Virus record (IMG/VR): IMGVR_UViG_3300037258_000590
Location: 124,001-188,000 of that record
Length of the DNA: 64,000 nt
Strand: one strand, 5' to 3'
Below are positions 1 to 9,000 of the stretch, piece after piece (the stretch's first letter is position 1; each line of letters begins with the position of its first letter). Both the position numbers and the translations under genes were made by a program. The notes below the pieces were generated by a model. It was given only the letters and a program-made list of their open reading frames with translations, was not told where the DNA came from and searched no databases.

Positions 1-2
1 AG

Positions 3-437
3 CACGGTAATCAGCCGCGGGCTGACCTCGGTGATTGAATGGGCCTGCGTGTGCCGGAGCCGGTGCACGCCGAACCGCTGGTGCCGGACGTGCCGCTTGA
101 CGGTCAGGTCAGCCGGGTCGTCATAGACGTCTTCCGCGTACCAGCCGAATTTCCAGCTCCAGAATGTCCGGGAATGGTCGTGCGGGTACTTCCGCTGGTC
201 GTCAGCCCTCCCGATCCGGGTGACATCGACTGAAGCCAGCGGAGTCCGGAAGACGATAAAGCGGGTCAGGAACCGCTCACCGTTGATATCAGAGGTATAC
301 GGCCAGTACAGCCGCAGACTGCCTTCGGCATCGATGCCTGCACCAAGGAGGGCCCAGCCGGGCATGCCACCGTGCTTGCGTACGGTCTTCGCAGTGACGC
401 TGGTATTCGCGGCCCTGCTGGATTCGGTTATCTTCAC
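3..437 (-). CDS. Conserved phage-type hypothetical protein, cupin-like (runs off the left edge)
   Basis: Translated by hand, absent from the ORF track. GTG at 437 follows RBS AGGAAAGGA; contains FLTRFIVFRTP...DDQRKYPHDHSRTFWSWKFGWYAE...HRLRHTQAHSITEV, an HDH metal-type motif I recall from phage cupin-like proteins. Confidence 0.6.
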   Translation of the reverse strand, partial: MKITESSRAANTSVTAKTVRKHGGMPGWALLGAGIDAEGSLRLYWPYTSDINGERFLTRFIVFRTPLASVDVTRIGRADDQRKYPHDHSRTFWSWKFGWYAEDVYDDPADLTVKRHVRHQRFGVHRLRHTQAHSITEVSPRLITV

Positions 438-479
438 GGAGTCCTTTCCTGATCGTCTCGTGTGATACTCAGCGATTGC

Positions 480-749
480 CTACTCACGCCAGGCGGCGGT
501 CTCATCCTGGTAGGCCAGGAACGCTTCGGCGGCGGCTTCCTTCGCAGCACCAGCGTTCACGGCCATGTCGGTGATGTGCGTGCCCGCCTGCTCCAAGCCC
601 TGGCCGCCAGCCCACTCAGCCAGCTCGTCCAGCTTGCGGGCCAGGGTCTCGCAGAACCCCGGCAGGCCTTCGATAGTGGCATGCAGCTCCGCGGGGTCCT
701 CCGGGATGAACCCGGCGGCGACAGTCTCGGTCAGGTCATCGATCTTCAC
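480..749 (-). CDS. TraA-like ~90 aa helical protein of actinomycete plasmids
   Basis: GFIPEDPAELHATIEGLPGFCETLARKLDELAEW pattern; similar to both halves of 746-1354 and the C-terminus of 9512-11401. Confidence 0.55.
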   Translation of the reverse strand: MKIDDLTETVAAGFIPEDPAELHATIEGLPGFCETLARKLDELAEWAGGQGLEQAGTHITDMAVNAGAAKEAAAEAFLAYQDETAAWRE

Positions 750-1354
750 CGCAAGTGACTCCTTGCATCCAGCCAGAATGCGTTGGCGCTGTGATACGTT
801 CCGCGGGCCTCATCAGCGGCCTGGCCCATTGCGGTCATCATCCCGGCTAGGGCGCCGAGCTGGTCACCGGTAACCGGCCTGTCCAGCTCCTGTTCAGCCC
901 ACACAGCCATGCGGCGTAGTTCTTCAGCTAGCAGCCCGGCCAGCTGGGAGATGGAGCCGAGCGTATCGGCCAGGGCGAAGCCAGCCGGGAAAGTGCCGTC
1001 CGGGATGAAGCCTTCAGCGACGTCCTCGGCCAGCGTTTCCGCGGGCGCGTACGAGCAGTCTTCACCTTCGAGCCAGTGCGTATTATCCGCCCGGAACCTG
1101 GCGCTGCAGGTTTCAGCAGCCGTGGCGGCTTGCTGCGGATACGGGATAAGGGCCTGAATCAGGTCACCGGGCCTGCCGCCGACGCCCCGCAACGCGGCAG
1201 CCCATTCGGCCAGCTCCGGCAGTCCGGCTGCCATGGCGCGGAACACATCCGGCAGCACGGCCAGCGCGCCGGCCAGTTCACGCGCGGTACCTGGCTGCAG
1301 GCCCGCTGACGCGCTGTCGATCATTGCTTCGATGTTGTCGCTAGGGGCTAGCAC
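746..1354 (-). CDS. Protein with two tandem TraA-like helical modules
   Basis: GTG after GGAGG; internal duplication (LPELAEWA / LRRMAVWA); VAEGFIPDG matches VAAGFIPED of the neighbouring gene. Confidence 0.6.
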   Translation of the reverse strand: MLAPSDNIEAMIDSASAGLQPGTARELAGALAVLPDVFRAMAAGLPELAEWAAALRGVGGRPGDLIQALIPYPQQAATAAETCSARFRADNTHWLEGEDCSYAPAETLAEDVAEGFIPDGTFPAGFALADTLGSISQLAGLLAEELRRMAVWAEQELDRPVTGDQLGALAGMMTAMGQAADEARGTYHSANAFWLDARSHLR

Positions 1355-1551
1355 CGGGCGCCTCCGGTTTCAGGTGCGATCTCCGCGATGTCCCAGTCGT
1401 CTCCCCGGATGTAGCGTACGGAGTACCCGCTGGAATAGCGGTGGACCTCGGCGAAGTGCAGGCAGACGACTACCTCGTCATTAGCCATGATCTCCGGGCA
1501 CCAGCCACACTGCACGAGTCCTCCGAGGATGTGCGGCTGTGACAGCACCAT
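1348..1551 (-). CDS. Small hypothetical protein with CxxC
   Basis: Tightly packed in the operon; CGWC motif. Confidence 0.5.
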   Translation of the reverse strand: MVLSQPHILGGLVQCGWCPEIMANDEVVVCLHFAEVHRYSSGYSVRYIRGDDWDIAEIAPETGGARC

Positions 1552-1554
1552 CGG

Positions 1555-2205
1555 TCAGGCTCCCAGCGCCCAGGCGGCGCGCAGCAGGCGGAGCGGGTTC
1601 CACTGGCTGCGCCGCTCAGCAGCCAGGATTACCTCAGCTTGCTTCTCATTCGCCCAGCCGTCCCACGGGACGTAGACGGCGCGACCTGACCGGCGGTACC
1701 GCCAGTAGTTGCTCTTGGTCAGGTTACATGGCTTGCATAGCGCCCGGCAGTTGAACAAGGTAGTAAGCCCGCCGAGTGACCACGGCATCGTGTGATCAAC
1801 TTCCAGGTGGTCGGCGTGTACCATCAGCCGGGCCCGGCAGCTGACGCACCGGTTCCGGTCGGCAGCGAGGACGACACGGCGCAAGCCGGCGCTGATCCGC
1901 GCGGATCGCTGTTCTTCTCGCGGGCGCCGCTTACGGTACCGCTTGCGCCAGTCTCGGGGGACGCACCCGGCTCGCAGCAGTGCAGGCAGGAAGTACAAGC
2001 CTGCCAGCAGGAGCGCAGGGATCACGAACAGCCCGGCGGCGGCCATGGCGCCCAGCCCGGCCCAGCGGAACGGCTCGTGCAGGTCGTGCCAGCCCCACAG
2101 CGGCAGAGCGAGTGCCGGGCCGAACGTGACGACGTGGCTGACGTGATAACTGCGGTACCGGCGGTACTGGCGTGAGGCTGTGCTCCGGCGGCGGACGGCG
2201 GTCAT
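1555..2205 (-). CDS. HNH endonuclease with N-terminal membrane segments
   Basis: DRNRCVSC...LEVDHTMPWSLGGLTTLFNCRALCKPCNLTKSN; two hydrophobic stretches upstream; ATG 2205 after GGAG overlaps the previous stop. Confidence 0.85.
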   Translation of the reverse strand: MTAVRRRSTASRQYRRYRSYHVSHVVTFGPALALPLWGWHDLHEPFRWAGLGAMAAAGLFVIPALLLAGLYFLPALLRAGCVPRDWRKRYRKRRPREEQRSARISAGLRRVVLAADRNRCVSCRARLMVHADHLEVDHTMPWSLGGLTTLFNCRALCKPCNLTKSNYWRYRRSGRAVYVPWDGWANEKQAEVILAAERRSQWNPLRLLRAAWALGA

Positions 2206-2504
2206 GCAGGCTCCTGACCGCGCCGGGTGGCGCTGCGGGCGATCGACCGGCACTGGTCTAGCAGGTTCCGGCCGAATTCGTTCATCTTCACGTACCGGAG
2301 CAGTTCGCGCAGCAGGTGGTCGTCCGGGTCAGGGAACACAGACCCTTCGCCTAGCGCAGCTTCCTGCACGGCGTACCGGATACAAGTCAGGGCGTGCGGG
2401 TTCAGGCGGCGCCACCAGGGGACCTGAGCGAGCTGCGCGTCGAACAGGTTCCCGGCTTCGATCCACCGCGGGTCGGTAATCCGCTGCGCGTAGGCCATGG
2501 CCAT
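2202..2504 (-). CDS. Hypothetical protein
   Basis: Stop overlaps the HNH start (ATGA); start uncertain; overlaps the tail of the DUF4326 ORF by about 100 nt. Confidence 0.45.
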   Translation of the reverse strand: MAMAYAQRITDPRWIEAGNLFDAQLAQVPWWRRLNPHALTCIRYAVQEAALGEGSVFPDPDDHLLRELLRYVKMNEFGRNLLDQCRSIARSATRRGQEPA

Positions 2505-3046
2505 AACCTGGTAACCGCCTGAACGGTGTCTTCCGGGCTGCCGTAGTCGCCGTGCTCGGCGGCGTGCTGCGCTATCGTGTCCGCGGCGATGCACCAGGCC
2601 CATTCCGGCAGTGCGGTAACCGCCCGCAGGATTTCAGGCGCCCAGCCCGGCGCGACGTCAGCGTGGCCGGCCACCGCGATGGCGTGCCCGGTGAGGGCAG
2701 CCAGGAATCCGGCGTCGCCGCCCCCGCACAGCAGGCCGGCCCGCAGCGCATACCACCAGGCGGTGCAAGCAGTACCCGGGAGCAGGAACCTGGTGGCGTC
2801 GGCCAGCCGGGCCAGGACGTCACCGTGGCAGGGCAGCGGCGCGCAATGGCAGCCGAGGCGCAAGCCGCGCAGGGCCGGCAGCATGGCCATCAGGTCCTGG
2901 CGGTGCACGATGTAACGCCAGTACCGGGCGGTCACCTGTTCCCGGTTTCCGTGCTGCCCGATGACAAACGAGTTACCGAGCGGAGTAGTCCGGTCAATCA
3001 GGACGTCATACGGCTCGCGACAGCAGTTGACGACCCGGGTGGTCAT
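2402..3046 (-). CDS. DUF4326 domain protein
   Basis: RVVNCCREPYDVLIDRTTPLGNSFVIG..GNREQV..RY...LRGLRLGCHCAPLPCHGDVLARLAD. Confidence 0.85.
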   Translation of the reverse strand: MTTRVVNCCREPYDVLIDRTTPLGNSFVIGQHGNREQVTARYWRYIVHRQDLMAMLPALRGLRLGCHCAPLPCHGDVLARLADATRFLLPGTACTAWWYALRAGLLCGGGDAGFLAALTGHAIAVAGHADVAPGWAPEILRAVTALPEWAWCIAADTIAQHAAEHGDYGSPEDTVQAVTRLWPWPTRSGLPTRGGSKPGTCSTRSSLRSPGGAA

Positions 3047-3098
3047 GATCCCGGCTCCGCGGCGTCGAGCAGGGCGACCAGGAACTTGTCCCGCAGCC

Positions 3099-3437
3099 TC
3101 ATGACGCGTGGTCTCCGTTCCCGGTGAGCGCCGCGTAATACTGACCGGCGGCAGCTACGAAACCGGCCGGGCCGGGCCAGGCGAACGCGCTGCCAGCCCA
3201 CGCCGCCCGGCTGGCGGCATCAGTCAGGTTCGCCAGGTGCCGCCCGGCCGCGCGACGGCGATTATGGCGATCTTCGCTGTTATCCGGGCCGCCCAGCAGC
3301 CAGTCCAGGACGGGCCCGGTACTGGCGAGAACAGCTGCCGGGTCGGCTTGGCATGCTGCCGCGGTCAGCGCGGACCCGATCTTGAGGGCCAGGTACCGGC
3401 TGTCGCACCGGTCCTGCTCCGCTATCTCCTGCCTCAT
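3099..3437 (-). CDS. Hypothetical protein
   Basis: ATG after ACGGAAGGAA; in operon orientation. Confidence 0.55.
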   Translation of the reverse strand: MRQEIAEQDRCDSRYLALKIGSALTAAACQADPAAVLASTGPVLDWLLGGPDNSEDRHNRRRAAGRHLANLTDAASRAAWAGSAFAWPGPAGFVAAAGQYYAALTGNGDHAS

Positions 3438-3452
3438 CTGCCATTCCTTCCG

Positions 3453-4034
3453 TCAGGGCCTGGTGATCCCCCGGGCCTGCGCGCAGCACAAGGCGGCCAG
3501 CGTGAAGCCGTCCGTTATGTCTCCGGAGGCCACGTGCATCATCAGCTCGGGGACCGGCACCCAGGTGATCGCGCTGACCTCGCCAGCGTCGGCGGTGGCG
3601 AGCTGCTTCTCGTCGTACCCGGCGGCGAACATGTGCACGACGCTGGACAGCAGCCCGGAATCCGGGGTCATCTGGCCGAGCGGCGTGAGCCACTGCGGCG
3701 CGGCGCCGAGTTCTTCCAGCAGTTCTTCCCGGGCCGTGGCCTCCGGGTCAGGCCCGTGAGCGATCCCGCGCGGCAGCCCCCATTCCCACCTCCCGGCCGG
3801 GTAGCGGTAAACCCGGACCAGGCCGGCGTCTCCTCCCGACAGCGGCAGGACCACGACTCCAGGCAGGCCCCCCGGCCGGTCGACGCGCACGTACACCCCC
3901 GGGCGGCCTGCATCGCGGAAGTACACGTCATCGGCGAACACCATGATGAACGCGTTCTCGTACACCAGGCGCTCGCGCAGGCAGATAACCGGGCTTGCCG
4001 GGTCGAGCCGCTGATTACCGGGAAAACCGCTCAT
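3453..4034 (-). CDS. NUDIX hydrolase, ADP-ribose pyrophosphatase (NudF)-like
   Basis: Nudix box LPRGIAHGPDPEATAREELLEELG; LVRVYRYPAGRWEWGLP; terminal ITDGFTLAAL. Confidence 0.9.
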   Translation of the reverse strand: MSGFPGNQRLDPASPVICLRERLVYENAFIMVFADDVYFRDAGRPGVYVRVDRPGGLPGVVVLPLSGGDAGLVRVYRYPAGRWEWGLPRGIAHGPDPEATAREELLEELGAAPQWLTPLGQMTPDSGLLSSVVHMFAAGYDEKQLATADAGEVSAITWVPVPELMMHVASGDITDGFTLAALCCAQARGITRP

Positions 4035-4354
4035 CCGTAATTCCTTCCGCTTCTGCCGGACCGGACGGCCTGGTACTGCGCCGGCGCCAGGATGCGCGAG
4101 GCGAACCGCGGGTGAGCCTTACTGCCCTTGCAGCACCAGCAGTTGCCGAACGGGCGCTGGCTTTCGCTGCGGCCGAGCCGGGAGTAATTAGCCCCGGTAC
4201 CCCTGCAGGTCCGGCACGGCACGTACGGGCGCCGCCAGATGTCAAACCGGTAGTACACGCCGGCGACAGCAGCGCCGATCGCGACAGCGAACCAGCCGAG
4301 CCCGTGCGCCAGCCCGAAGGCCGTTACCCCCGCGAAAACGGCGAGCAGGATCAT
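4031..4354 (-). CDS. Membrane protein with CxxCxGxG zinc finger
   Basis: Hydrophobic N-terminus, then CRTCRGTG...CWCCKGSK. Confidence 0.65.
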   Translation of the reverse strand: MILLAVFAGVTAFGLAHGLGWFAVAIGAAVAGVYYRFDIWRRPYVPCRTCRGTGANYSRLGRSESQRPFGNCWCCKGSKAHPRFASRILAPAQYQAVRSGRSGRNYG

Positions 4355-4361
4355 GGCGTGC

Positions 4362-4487
4362 TCACCCCGCCGAGCCGAAGAACGCGTGCCAGACGCGGTG
4401 GACATCTGCCGAGGCCGTATCCGGGTGGTTGATGGTCCAGATGACGATCCAGGTAAAAACAATCCAGCCGGTTATCTTCCAGAGCAT
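4362..4487 (-). CDS. 41 aa membrane peptide
   Basis: MLWKITGWIVFTWIVIWTINHPDTASADVHRVWHAFFGSAG; RBS GAGG; start overlaps the previous stop. Confidence 0.6.
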   Translation of the reverse strand: MLWKITGWIVFTWIVIWTINHPDTASADVHRVWHAFFGSAG

Positions 4488-4885
4488 TACTCGTCCCTCT
4501 TCACCTGGTCCGGATTGATACTGCGATGGACCCGGCCGGTCATGGCCCGGGAAAGCAGCACGACGACTCCGGCGGCCCCGGCCAGGATAACCAGGCTGCC
4601 GGTGACCAGGGGCGCCAGTTCCCAGGCCAGGGCAGCGAGCACTGCGGCGCCGGCCAGCATGAGCTGCACCAGCAGCCGCCTCGGATGGTTCATCTTGTGC
4701 CACCGGCTGTCGTGGTCAGCTTCCGGGACCACGGTCGCCGGGCGGATCACGTGCAGCAGGATCAGGTGGCCACGGTGATCCTTGATGACGTGATACAGCC
4801 ACGCACCGGCCAGCACGACAGCGACGGCGGTGACCACCGGAGTGCTGACGCCGGTAGCCGTACCGCGCAGGGCAGCCGCATTCAT
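4487..4885 (-). CDS. Small multi-pass membrane protein (Spd-like, inferred)
   Basis: Three hydrophobic segments; transfer-operon context. Confidence 0.55.
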   Translation of the reverse strand: MNAAALRGTATGVSTPVVTAVAVVLAGAWLYHVIKDHRGHLILLHVIRPATVVPEADHDSRWHKMNHPRRLLVQLMLAGAAVLAALAWELAPLVTGSLVILAGAAGVVVLLSRAMTGRVHRSINPDQVKRDE

Positions 4886-4967
4886 GCCCAGGCTTCCTCG
4901 CCGGCCGCGGTCCGCTGCAGGGTGGTCATGCCAGCCCGGGAACCGGAGTACCCGATCGTGATCCAGG

Positions 4968-5231
4968 TCATGCGCCCGGCCCCGCATCGTCAGACCGGTC
5001 ATCATAAACGGGATCTTCGGGAGAATCCCGGTCCTCAGCCCAGAGCCAGGACGCGTAAGCCCGCATAGCAGCTTCATCGCTGTCATGCCCGGCCAGCTTC
5101 CGGACGGGGCCAGGCGAGCTGGCCGCAAGATCAAGAGCAAACCCGGCTCCGAACCTGCAACGCAGCTCGGCCTGCCCAGGCGTCTCGCTGGCCTTCTGCC
5201 CCTCAGCCCACTCGCTGAATTTCGTGCCCAT
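4968..5231 (-). CDS. Hypothetical protein
   Basis: ATG after GGAGAGG. Confidence 0.5.
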   Translation of the reverse strand: MGTKFSEWAEGQKASETPGQAELRCRFGAGFALDLAASSPGPVRKLAGHDSDEAAMRAYASWLWAEDRDSPEDPVYDDRSDDAGPGA

Positions 5232-5706
5232 GATCCTCTCCCTTCAAGCGCTGCTCAGCCGCATCAGCCAAGATGCCTGCCGGGATCTCCGGCGCCTGAT
5301 CATTCTCGCTGGCCATCTCAGGGGCAGGCTCAGCAGGAATCCTCGCCGGCGGTGACGCCAGCACCTCTTCGCACGCCCAGGCTGGCAGGTAATCGCCTCG
5401 CGCGGCCAGGATGACCGGGCTCTCGTACTCAGGTTCAGCCGGAGGTGCGGGTAGCGGCGTGCGGGCGACGATGCGCAGGGCCAGCCAGGCCAGCAGCCCC
5501 GCGGCGGCGCAGGCAACAGCAGCGATGGCGGCGCGCGCAGCCTGGGCTAGCCCCGCGGAGTGCGCGTGCGCCTCGTAACGCGTGCCGCCGGCGAGGATGA
5601 CGGCGATAACCAGCCCGGTCGCGATCCCGGTCCCGGTCATGCTGCACTGCGCGGTCCGGGCCTGGCGGCGGCACCAGGCGCTGTAGCGACCCCGCAGAGT
5701 CCGCAT
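5203..5706 (-). CDS. Membrane protein with Pro-rich tail
   Basis: Two hydrophobic segments; start overlaps the previous stop. Confidence 0.6.
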   Translation of the reverse strand: MRTLRGRYSAWCRRQARTAQCSMTGTGIATGLVIAVILAGGTRYEAHAHSAGLAQAARAAIAAVACAAAGLLAWLALRIVARTPLPAPPAEPEYESPVILAARGDYLPAWACEEVLASPPARIPAEPAPEMASENDQAPEIPAGILADAAEQRLKGEDHGHEIQRVG

Positions 5707-6350
5707 TACGGCCGCCCCTCGATCAGCCCGGCCCAGATCCGGAACAGGCTGCTGTTCAAGCCCGGCCGGTACAGCGGGTCGCCACCGCAGATCTTGCCGC
5801 TGTGGTAGAGGACTTCCAGGAACGTGCGCGACGGCAGGCGGATGGCCCAGCTTCCAGGGTGCCGGAGGCCTGTGCCTGCATGGCCGGTGATGTCGAAGCT
5901 GCCGGCAGCCAGCTGGCGGATCACTTCCAGGGTGGCCTGGTCGGTGACCGCGTGCACGGCGCTGACGTCCTGGTTCTCATCCAGGTCAATCCGGGTGACC
6001 CGGAAGATGCCTGCTGCCACCGCAGTCTCCTGATCGCCGGTCTTATGTACGTCCTTTGCTGTAGTATAGCCGGTGCCCCCGAATCCGGGGATGCTGAACT
6101 CCTGCCCTTCGGGAAACTGCCAGATCCACCGGTCCTTGCCCTCCCGCCGCCTTGCGCGCAAGACGTATCCGTGCTGCTCCGCCCGGTTCAGCCAGGCGTG
6201 CACGGCCTGCCGGCCTGCAGTCAGGCCCTCGTTGTACAGCGCAGCCAGCAGCCAGGGCGCGGTACAGCCCGCAGAGCGGTGCTCGATCAGGAGCTGGTAC
6301 AGCCGCCTGCATGCCGGATGCAGCACCGGGATCTCCTCGTGGTCAGGCAT
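5706..6350 (-). CDS. Winged-helix protein whose N-terminus duplicates the TraB C-terminal domain
   Basis: ATG 6350 lies 2 nt after the TraB stop. RRLYQLLIE...RQAVHAWLNRAEQHGYV...RWIWQFPEGQEFSIPGF vs TraB KRMYTLLIE...RQTVHSWLSQARQQGYV...RWIWQLPEGQEFDIPGF. Confidence 0.75.
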   Translation of the reverse strand: MPDHEEIPVLHPACRRLYQLLIEHRSAGCTAPWLLAALYNEGLTAGRQAVHAWLNRAEQHGYVLRARRREGKDRWIWQFPEGQEFSIPGFGGTGYTTAKDVHKTGDQETAVAAGIFRVTRIDLDENQDVSAVHAVTDQATLEVIRQLAAGSFDITGHAGTGLRHPGSWAIRLPSRTFLEVLYHSGKICGGDPLYRPGLNSSLFRIWAGLIEGRP

Positions 6351-6352
6351 CG

Positions 6353-8998
6353 TCAGCTGAATCCGGGAATGTCGAACTCCTGGCCTTCGGGAAGCTGCCA
6401 GATCCACCGGGCCTTGCCGGACTGCGGCTTGCCGGTGGTGTATACGTAGCCCTGCTGGCGGGCCTGACTCAGCCAGGAGTGCACCGTCTGCCGGGTCACG
6501 CTCAGGTGCTCGTTTTCCAGCCTGGTCCACAGCATCCCGGCGGTGTAGCCCCGGCCGCCCGCCTCGATCAGCAGGGTATACATCCGCTTGCGGACCGGGT
6601 TCAGCTTGTGCCCAGGCTCGTCATCGTCCAGCAGGCCGCCGTCCAGGCCTGCCATGCCGCTCAGCAGCGGGTCGTTCTGCCAGATGGAGTCGAAGTCTTC
6701 CCCGGCCGGGCCGTCCGCCGGGTTACGGTCCGCGGCGCCACCGCCAGCGAGAACGGGGGCGGGGCGGTCCGCGATGCCTGCCTCAGTCTTCCACTGCGCC
6801 AGCAGGCCGGCGATATGCGGCTGCTCCCAGCGCTTGGCGTACGCGTCACCCATCGCGTCCGCAAGCAGTTTCTCCGGTGCCGGGCGCCGTTCCGCGGTGC
6901 TCAGCACGACCGGCGTGATCCGGTCCTCAGTCGGGTGCCCGTCATCATCGGGGCTGCCATCGGTGATGTTGTAGAAGTGGACCGGCGGGTACAGCTCGGA
7001 ACCGACCTTCGGGATGCCCGAGCCTTTGTCCTTCAGCTGGGCCAGCTGCCTGGCCGCGGGGTAGTCGTCGGGGAAAATCGCCTGGCCCTCGCCGATGGTG
7101 GCCACCTTCATCCCGATCCGGACTTCAGCCATGGCCTTGAGGCCGGAGTTACCGGTGACGTCGACTACCGCGCGGACCGCGGCGACCACCGGGTCAATGG
7201 CCACCGACCGGAATGTCTCGGCGATCTGCAGCAGCCGGGTGGCCAGCTGGGTGTTGGAGATGCTGTCCTCGCGGATGAAGTGCCCGGTCATGACCGCGGT
7301 CTCGTCGCAGATCACGATGACGGCCGGAGCCATCTGGCCGTCGTGCTGGATGCCGGGCCGCAGTTTCCGGGCGTACTTTCCCGATTCGGCTCGCGCGGTG
7401 CCGCCCGCCCACAGCGCATCGAGCATGATCTTAGCTTCCTCGCGGTTGGTGGCCAGCCAGTCAATCGGCGGCCGGTCCACATGCCCCTGCAGCCACGGCA
7501 TGAGCCACGCCCTGGCCTCCTGGCCGCCCTTGAGGTCGATCATGAAGATCAGCGCGTCAGGCATCCGGCACAGCTGCGCGATGAAGATATTCAGCAGGGT
7601 GGAGTTGTGCGTCGGTACGCACGCCTGCCCGGCCAGGTACAGGCTGCTCGGGCTGTCCACCTCGATGCATCGCACGGGAACGCTGGGCACGAGCCGGATG
7701 GCGCTGATGCACTGGTAATCCCCGTCTCGTGACCGGAACGGCGCTGCTGTCCTGATGCTGTACGGCACAGCAGTCAGCACTAGCTGTTCCGTCGTAAGAA
7801 CCCTGGGACAGCCGGCCGGGTGCTGCTCCTGCGGAGACCAGACCTGCCACTGATGAGCTGCATCGGCTGTGATCCGCTGGCCGCCGCTGAACTCAATCTC
7901 ATAGCAGCGCCTGCCGTGCAGGACGGCCGTCGTCGCGAGCACCCGGCAGGGCTGCCCGGCCTCATCGAACACCTGGTCTCCGGCCGTAATCTCGCCCATG
8001 GTGGTCCAGCCGGACGGCGTGGCGATCTTCGTATCCAGGGCCAGGGCCTTGCCGGACCCGCGGACCCCGCATATGAACACCACGACTTCGCGCAGTTTCA
8101 GGGCGAACTCGCGCCCGGTATCCAGCACGCCGATCCCGAACGGCCGGTTGACGGACAGCAGGCCGTTCCCCGCAGGCAGCCACCTGGCCACCCGCGGGCC
8201 GCGCAGCTCCCGGACGTGGATGATGAAATCCGCCGCCGAACCGCCAGCCGGCTCCTCCTCGATGTAGACGGCGCCCTTGGGCAGCCGCTTGTGGACGGCC
8301 AGCCGCATAGCCAGGTCCCGGATCGCGTCGTGGGTGAGGACCGCGTGGCCGTCGACCGCTTTGCCGTGCCTGCAGTGCACCTGGTAGCCGCCGTCGACCC
8401 GCAGGATGTCCCGGCAGATGACCCGCGGCACGTTGAGGCGGCCGAGCAGCGCTTCCCAGTACCGGCACTCACGGGTGTTCGTGCTGTCCCGGCCGGTCTC
8501 GGCGACCCGGTTCACCCGGTCCCGGAACCGGCGGATAACGGTAACCCCGGCCGGGGCCAGCATGACAACCGGAAGCAGCAACGCGAAAATCACGGTGCCG
8601 TTCCACGGGCCGGCCAGCCGCGCGGCAGTGAGCCACCCGGTCAGGCACATGCCCCAGATCCCCAGGTACCCGGCCATCGGCGCCGAATTGGTGAGCTGGT
8701 AAGAGGTGTACCAGATCACGGCGGTCATGACGCCCGCGAGGACGGAAAGCATCCACGTCGGAACGCTGTGCGGGACAGCGATCGCCGCGATCCAGGTGAG
8801 CACGGCCGCGGCGAAGCTGGTCTCCAGGACATGCAGCCACAGGCCGTCATCGGCGTGCTTGCCGGGCAGCGGCACATGTCCCGGCCGGTCCCGGCGCCGT
8901 GCCGGGCGCGAGTACGCATCCTCGGCCTGCTCGTCCACCCAGGCTGGCCGCTGCCCCTTCTCGTCCTGCTGTTCGCGGCCACCGTCGATGTCCTTCAC
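6353..8998 (-). CDS. traB: TraB-type FtsK/SpoIIIE conjugative DNA translocase containing an intein
   Basis: N-terminal TM segments; Walker A GVRGSGK|S split by an intein; MIDLKGG motif; Walker B VIVICDE; C-terminal winged helix. Confidence 0.8.
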   Translation of the reverse strand: MKDIDGGREQQDEKGQRPAWVDEQAEDAYSRPARRRDRPGHVPLPGKHADDGLWLHVLETSFAAAVLTWIAAIAVPHSVPTWMLSVLAGVMTAVIWYTSYQLTNSAPMAGYLGIWGMCLTGWLTAARLAGPWNGTVIFALLLPVVMLAPAGVTVIRRFRDRVNRVAETGRDSTNTRECRYWEALLGRLNVPRVICRDILRVDGGYQVHCRHGKAVDGHAVLTHDAIRDLAMRLAVHKRLPKGAVYIEEEPAGGSAADFIIHVRELRGPRVARWLPAGNGLLSVNRPFGIGVLDTGREFALKLREVVVFICGVRGSGKALALDTKIATPSGWTTMGEITAGDQVFDEAGQPCRVLATTAVLHGRRCYEIEFSGGQRITADAAHQWQVWSPQEQHPAGCPRVLTTEQLVLTAVPYSIRTAAPFRSRDGDYQCISAIRLVPSVPVRCIEVDSPSSLYLAGQACVPTHNSTLLNIFIAQLCRMPDALIFMIDLKGGQEARAWLMPWLQGHVDRPPIDWLATNREEAKIMLDALWAGGTARAESGKYARKLRPGIQHDGQMAPAVIVICDETAVMTGHFIREDSISNTQLATRLLQIAETFRSVAIDPVVAAVRAVVDVTGNSGLKAMAEVRIGMKVATIGEGQAIFPDDYPAARQLAQLKDKGSGIPKVGSELYPPVHFYNITDGSPDDDGHPTEDRITPVVLSTAERRPAPEKLLADAMGDAYAKRWEQPHIAGLLAQWKTEAGIADRPAPVLAGGGAADRNPADGPAGEDFDSIWQNDPLLSGMAGLDGGLLDDDEPGHKLNPVRKRMYTLLIEAGGRGYTAGMLWTRLENEHLSVTRQTVHSWLSQARQQGYVYTTGKPQSGKARWIWQLPEGQEFDIPGFS
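7604..8047 (-). mobile_element. Class 3 mini-intein (148 aa, no homing endonuclease) in TraB Walker A
   Basis: Starts ALALDT, ends VPTHN, +1 Ser; WCT triplet: ADAAHQW (block B), VRCIEV (block F), PTHN (block G). Confidence 0.9.
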
Positions 8999-9000
8999 GG

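Noticed and set aside
4968-5231. YozE/SAM-like assignment
   Set aside because: Only a vague resemblance; left as hypothetical.
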